From NCBI RefSeq assembly GCF_000011125.1, contig NC_000854.2:780001-812000 (forward strand): a DNA stretch of 32,000 bases. Direction: 5' to 3'. Made by a program: the position numbers and the translations under genes. Positions within the stretch are counted from its first letter, which is position 1. Every line of letters starts with the position of its first letter. Source of the stretch: Aeropyrum pernix K1 (GTDB taxonomy: Archaea > Thermoproteota > Thermoprotei_A > Sulfolobales > Acidilobaceae). Shown piece after piece: positions 28,208-32,000 of this stretch. The notes under the pieces are model-generated. The model searched no databases, was not told where the DNA came from, and worked only from the letters and a program-made list of their open reading frames with translations.

Positions 28208-29323
28208 ATGAGCTACATAACGCTTACACTACCATTTAATGTTGGAGGTAGCGTAGCTGGGGACTTGTTCAGTACTGCATGGTTGTTTAAGACTGCTACT
28301 CATAGAATGCTCAGTTTAGCCAAGCAAACACCCATACTACCTGCTACTGACATTGGCTGGAAAAACACCTTTAGGAAGGCAATCTATGAGGTGATACCTA
28401 ATCGTAGGTATGTTGATGGAGTTATCACGCTTGTACGTGGAATTTACGAGTCTTGCAGACAACTGGGAGTTGGCTTCAAAGAGGTAGAGCTTGGAGATTG
28501 GCTGATGTTTCAGCAGGCTGAGAAGGAATATCCAGTAAGGAACATTACCCTAAAGGATGACTACAGCTTCTACATAACAACTATAGGCTACAATGGAGAA
28601 AAGGATAGAATAGTTGTTAAGCCCACAATACCCAAGAACTACAAGGTTTTGCTCGACAAGATTCTCGAAGAGAGACAGAAACATACAGCTAGAATAGTTA
28701 TCAAGGATTATGGTGTTAGGAAAAACAGGCTGTGGGTTCATGGAGAGATACAGCTTACAATACCCATAGACTTCTACTACAAGCATATGACTAGATATAG
28801 GAGAAACTATGGGAAACTCTACGGCGGTGTAGATGTTAACGTTGATAGAGCCAACCTAGCAGTAGTTGATAGGTATGGTAGGCTAAGGCATGTAAAGACT
28901 TTCTGGTTTGAGGAAGCATCAAGAAAGGGATGTAGAAGTAGGAGGGCAAGAAGCATTATAGGGATGACTGTTCACGATATGCTTAAATACGCCTATCATC
29001 ATGGAGTCAAAACATTATTCCTAGAGAACCCAGATGTACTCGGGAAACTAAAACTGCTTTGGATAAGAAATGGTAAGAGACTACATAGGAACTACAACTG
29101 GAGAGTCTCTGTATTCAGGAGTAGAATAATAGAAATGATAACTATGAAAACACCACTATATGCTATTAGGGTAGAATATGTAGACCCAAGGAGGACGACG
29201 CATTCTGAAGAACACGATAAGATAATGAAGAGATACGGCTTAGATAGGCATTCAACATCAGCCTACCTAATAGCCCTACGCGGTATAGAAAGATACAGTT
29301 CGATACAGAAAGTTACAGCTTAG
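28208..29323 (+). mobile_element. tnpB: TnpB/OrfB-like RNA-guided nuclease-family protein (IS200/IS605-related) lacking a recognisable zinc ribbon
   Basis: RuvC-I-like GGVDVNVDRANLAVVD, RuvC-II-like VKTLFLENPDVLGKL, then RVEYVDPRRTTHSEEHDKIMKRYGLDRHSTSAYLIALRG (RuvC-III-like D) with no CxxC pairs between. TATA-like aggtttataaact at about 28162-28173. Confidence 0.75.
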
Positions 29324-29886
29324 TGTTTCTGACCCATCGACTCGGCGGGGAGGAGGCGGGGTGTTAGGCCTAACACTATCGACAGTATTAGGAGTGCCGT
29401 GCCCGCGGCCCACAGCCACCATGAAATCGGGGAGCCAGAGCTGCGGGCTAGGATCAAAACCCCCGAGATAAGGAAGAGCATGCTGAGAAGGAAGACCAGG
29501 ACAGCCACCAGGCTAAGGCTACTGGCCCCCAGCCGTGCTCCCCCCGCAAAGGTGGCAGAGAAGACGAGGTAGGCTATAGCTGCGGTTCTTACGGCTCTCG
29601 CGAGGAAGAAGCCGGAGAGGAGGGCGAACCCGAGGGACGCGCCCGAGCCCCTAGCTATAACCCCTACGCTAGAGCCGGCTAGGGATACCATAAACGCGAA
29701 GAAAAGTATAGCTAAGCTGGCGAGGTTAAAGAGCTTGGAGCTCAGGAGCCCGAACTCGGAGGATGCTACAATAACCACGGCGTACACGACGCCGACAGCA
29801 GCTAGGGCCACTAGGCACAATGCTGCCGTTAAAGAGGCCAGCCACACCCTCTCCACAACACTACACCCGGCGCAGCCTCCAAACAT
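29320..29886 (-). CDS. Multi-TM hypothetical membrane protein
   Basis: 188 aa, several strongly hydrophobic segments (LFNLASLAILFFAFMVSLAG, SLVAVLVFLLSMLFLISGVLIL); stop codon overlaps the TnpB stop. Confidence 0.7.
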   Translation of the reverse strand: MFGGCAGCSVVERVWLASLTAALCLVALAAVGVVYAVVIVASSEFGLLSSKLFNLASLAILFFAFMVSLAGSSVGVIARGSGASLGFALLSGFFLARAVRTAAIAYLVFSATFAGGARLGASSLSLVAVLVFLLSMLFLISGVLILARSSGSPISWWLWAAGTALLILSIVLGLTPRLLPAESMGQKH

Positions 29887-30268
29887 AGTATAGGGTGAGG
29901 GCTACGAGGAAAACCAGTAGGAGGCCTGCAGCCGCTGCAGCCCCTGTGTCGCCACTCCTCAAGGAACCCATGGCGTTAGCACCTGCTATAAAAGCCCACA
30001 GCAGGTTGACAGCTATCACAGGGGGCGTCAATACTCGCGAAACCCTTCCGCCCCTGAAGGAAGACAGGAAGAACAGGATGTTACCTACTACCAGCATACC
30101 CACCATTAGAGCCAGATAGATTGCCAGGACTATAACCCCCACGAGGGTGCCCGCCCCGCTAGCGCGGGTGTAGACGTAGCCGAGGAGCAGGAGGCTGCCC
30201 AGGGCTAGGAGAAAGCCGAGTACACCGGCTAGAGCGGATATGTATGACAGTGCCCCTCGAGAGGCCAC
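29861..30268 (-). CDS. Small multi-TM hypothetical membrane protein
   Basis: 135 aa, about four hydrophobic segments; 26-bp overlap with the downstream membrane gene. Confidence 0.7.
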   Translation of the reverse strand: MASRGALSYISALAGVLGFLLALGSLLLLGYVYTRASGAGTLVGVIVLAIYLALMVGMLVVGNILFFLSSFRGGRVSRVLTPPVIAVNLLWAFIAGANAMGSLRSGDTGAAAAAGLLLVFLVALTLYYVWRLRRV

Positions 30269-30303
30269 TAAACCCCCAGTCCGCGATTTTAGTGGCTAAA
30301 GTT

Positions 30304-30966
30304 TTAATAGAGAGGCTTCCTCGGCCTGAGGACAGTGTAGGTGGCGTGGACCCAGCCCCCGCAGAGTATCCTCGTGTGTTGAAGCGCTAGCTCTACCCTC
30401 CTATCCCTCCCGTCGAAAACCCCGGGGCACTCGGCGAGGCCAACGCCCCCTCCGAATATGTACGGCGCTATAGTGGCCCTCACCTCATCAACAAGACCCT
30501 TCTCAAGCATAGCGCAGTTCAGCCCTCCCCCACCCTCCACCATCAAAACCCTTACACCCAGCCTCTCCCTAAGCACCGCCACAGCCCTCTCCAGATCCAC
30601 CTTCCCCCGGCCAGCCTCGACAACCTCCACTCCCCTCTCGAGATAGGGCTTCAGCCTCTCCCGGCTGTGGCCCTCGGCTGTGACAAGAACGCTCCCCCGC
30701 CGCAGCCCCGCGACGTCCGGGGGCACTTTCAGGCCCGAGTCGACTACGACCCTTAGAGGGCTCCTACCACGGGCCAGCCTCACGGTGAGCCTCGGCCTGT
30801 CTAGCACCGCGGTCCTGCTACCCACCATAACCGCGTCGGCTGACGCCCTATACTTGTGCTGCAGCTCGAAGTCCTCCCTGCAGCTGAGGAGGCTGTAGCC
30901 GGTGATGCTGGCGATCCTGCCGTCAAGGGTTGCTGTGCTGAAAATAAAGGTGTAGGGCCTGGCCAA
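30304..30966 (-). CDS. RibD C-terminal-type reductase (2,5-diamino-6-ribosylamino-4(3H)-pyrimidinone 5'-phosphate reductase)
   Basis: TFIFSTATLDGRIAS, ADAVMVGSRTAVLDRPRLTVR, SPLRVVVDSGLKVP, VLMVEGGGGLNCAMLEKGLVDEVRATIAPYIFGG. Confidence 0.88.
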   Translation of the reverse strand: MARPYTFIFSTATLDGRIASITGYSLLSCREDFELQHKYRASADAVMVGSRTAVLDRPRLTVRLARGRSPLRVVVDSGLKVPPDVAGLRRGSVLVTAEGHSRERLKPYLERGVEVVEAGRGKVDLERAVAVLRERLGVRVLMVEGGGGLNCAMLEKGLVDEVRATIAPYIFGGGVGLAECPGVFDGRDRRVELALQHTRILCGGWVHATYTVLRPRKPLY

Positions 30967-30981
30967 GCACTGGCACCCGTG

Positions 30982-31275
30982 TCACCCTGGTGAGGGGGAT
31001 AGGGTTTTAGAGAGTATGCCCGCTATATGCTCCGCCGCCTCCCGGAGGCTGGGGTGGAGGCTTTTCCTCTCGAGCACCAGCCTACCCCCACTGTCCAGCC
31101 TCGCAAGGCCTGCTATGAGGAAGTGCTCCACGGCCTTCTCAACATCCTCCGGGGAGAATAGTGCTGGGCCTCTGCCGCTGTACACCTTGGCGAGCTCCAC
31201 CACCTCGCCCGCCGTGCGGGGTCCTAGCCAGAGCACCCCTAGGAGGAATTCCCGCCTGGTCAGTGGGGGGGTCAA
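30982..31275 (-). CDS. Small winged-helix-like hypothetical protein
   Basis: 97 aa, EFLLGVLWLGPRTAGEVVELAKVYSGRG...VEKAVEHFLIAGLARLDSGGRLVLE: helix-helix then LxxxGL-wing pattern. Confidence 0.55.
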   Translation of the reverse strand: MTPPLTRREFLLGVLWLGPRTAGEVVELAKVYSGRGPALFSPEDVEKAVEHFLIAGLARLDSGGRLVLERKSLHPSLREAAEHIAGILSKTLSPSPG

Positions 31276-31530
31276 CGCATGCTCACCCTGTTCACATTTG
31301 AAAATGCCGGGACAAACGGGGGTCTCCGGGAGTGTTTTCCTTCACCAGGGCCTGTGGGGTTGGAGCCCCCGGGATACCCGTGTAATACGCGATGTAGCCG
31401 GTATTACTCTGGGCTCCCTACTCTGGGCTCTAAACCTACGTCATTGAGGTAATACTCAAATTAGCCTTGCGGCCCAGCAGTAGTTCTATGGGTTTAAAGG
31501 CTTAGCCCGGGATTGTGTGGTGCTGTTTTA

Positions 31531-32000
31531 ATGCCTCGAGGGGGCGCCGGGAGGGTTAAGTCTAAGATTGTCAAGGACGTGGTCCATCAGTTTATAGAGC
31601 TACCCTCGGACCTTGTCGCCACCATTGTAGACAGGCCCCTCTTCCAGAGGCTCCGGAGGGTGAGGCAGCTGAGCCTGGCGGACTACGTCTACCCGGGCGC
31701 GGTGCATACGAGGTTTGAGCATAGCCTGGGAGTGGCCTACACTATGAGGAGGGCTCTCCACCACATTGTGAAGAATGTTGAGGAGATAGTGCTGCCCTCC
31801 GTCGCCGAGTATATAGAGGATGAGTACCCCCTGAAGGGGGGCCTCCAGAAGAGGCTCCAGGGCATTGCCACCCACCTCATAAGGGATGTTACAAATGCCC
31901 TCCGGAATATGGAGGGGGAGGCCGTTGTGGCCGCTCTCCTCCACGACTCGGGCCATATTATGGCGAGCCATATAGCAGAGCAGGCTCTCCACGACCCACT
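31531..32000 (+). CDS. HD-domain phosphohydrolase (dNTPase-like), truncated by window edge
   Basis: Own translation from ATG at 31531 is open to 32000: MPRGGAGRVKSKIVKDVVHQFIELPSDLVATIVDRPLFQRLRRVRQLSLADYVYPGAVHTRFEHSLGVAYT...VVAALLHDSGHIMASHIAEQALHDP. Contains H...HD motif. Confidence 0.9.
   Translation, partial: MPRGGAGRVKSKIVKDVVHQFIELPSDLVATIVDRPLFQRLRRVRQLSLADYVYPGAVHTRFEHSLGVAYTMRRALHHIVKNVEEIVLPSVAEYIEDEYPLKGGLQKRLQGIATHLIRDVTNALRNMEGEAVVAALLHDSGHIMASHIAEQALHDP

Noticed and set aside
31016-31447. Plus-strand 143-aa ORF
   Set aside because: Mostly antisense to the small HTH-like gene, with low-complexity Ser/Thr/Pro content and no recognisable domain.
1-32000. tRNA or rRNA genes
   Set aside because: No convincing tRNA T-arm plus acceptor pairing or rRNA core sequence was recognised on either strand by eye. 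tRNAscan-SE would be decisive.

Overview
This looks like a chromosomal window from a hyperthermophilic crenarchaeon; gene style and repeat type suggest Aeropyrum or a close relative (inference, no search run). (1) 1-6317, minus strand: type I-A CRISPR-Cas operon with csa1, cas1, cas2, cas4, csa3 (CARF-wHTH), csa5/cas11-like, cas7, cas5 and the start of cas3' running off the left edge. (2) 6318-9355: AT-rich leader with a TATA-like box, then 42 copies of the 25-nt repeat GCATATCCCTAAAGGGAATAGAAAG, all identical by eye. (3) 9356-27409: mostly ordinary genes, including a two-part ABC transporter block, a membrane alpha/beta hydrolase, a zinc MDR dehydrogenase, hemerythrin/MBL/CDF genes, a HEPN-MNT pair, nicotinate phosphoribosyltransferase and tryptophanase. 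(4) 27492-29323: a scrambled accessory stretch. It holds a fused remnant of two unrelated genes, a GC-rich multi-hairpin region, and a TnpB-like protein that keeps RuvC-like motifs but lacks the zinc ribbon and has almost no room for the usual 3' omega-RNA. (5) 29320-32000: tandem membrane proteins, RibD-C reductase, a small HTH-like ORF and a partial HD-domain protein. The CRISPR-Cas locus belongs to a known class. The best candidate for something less described is the compact TnpB-like gene with its upstream structured region.
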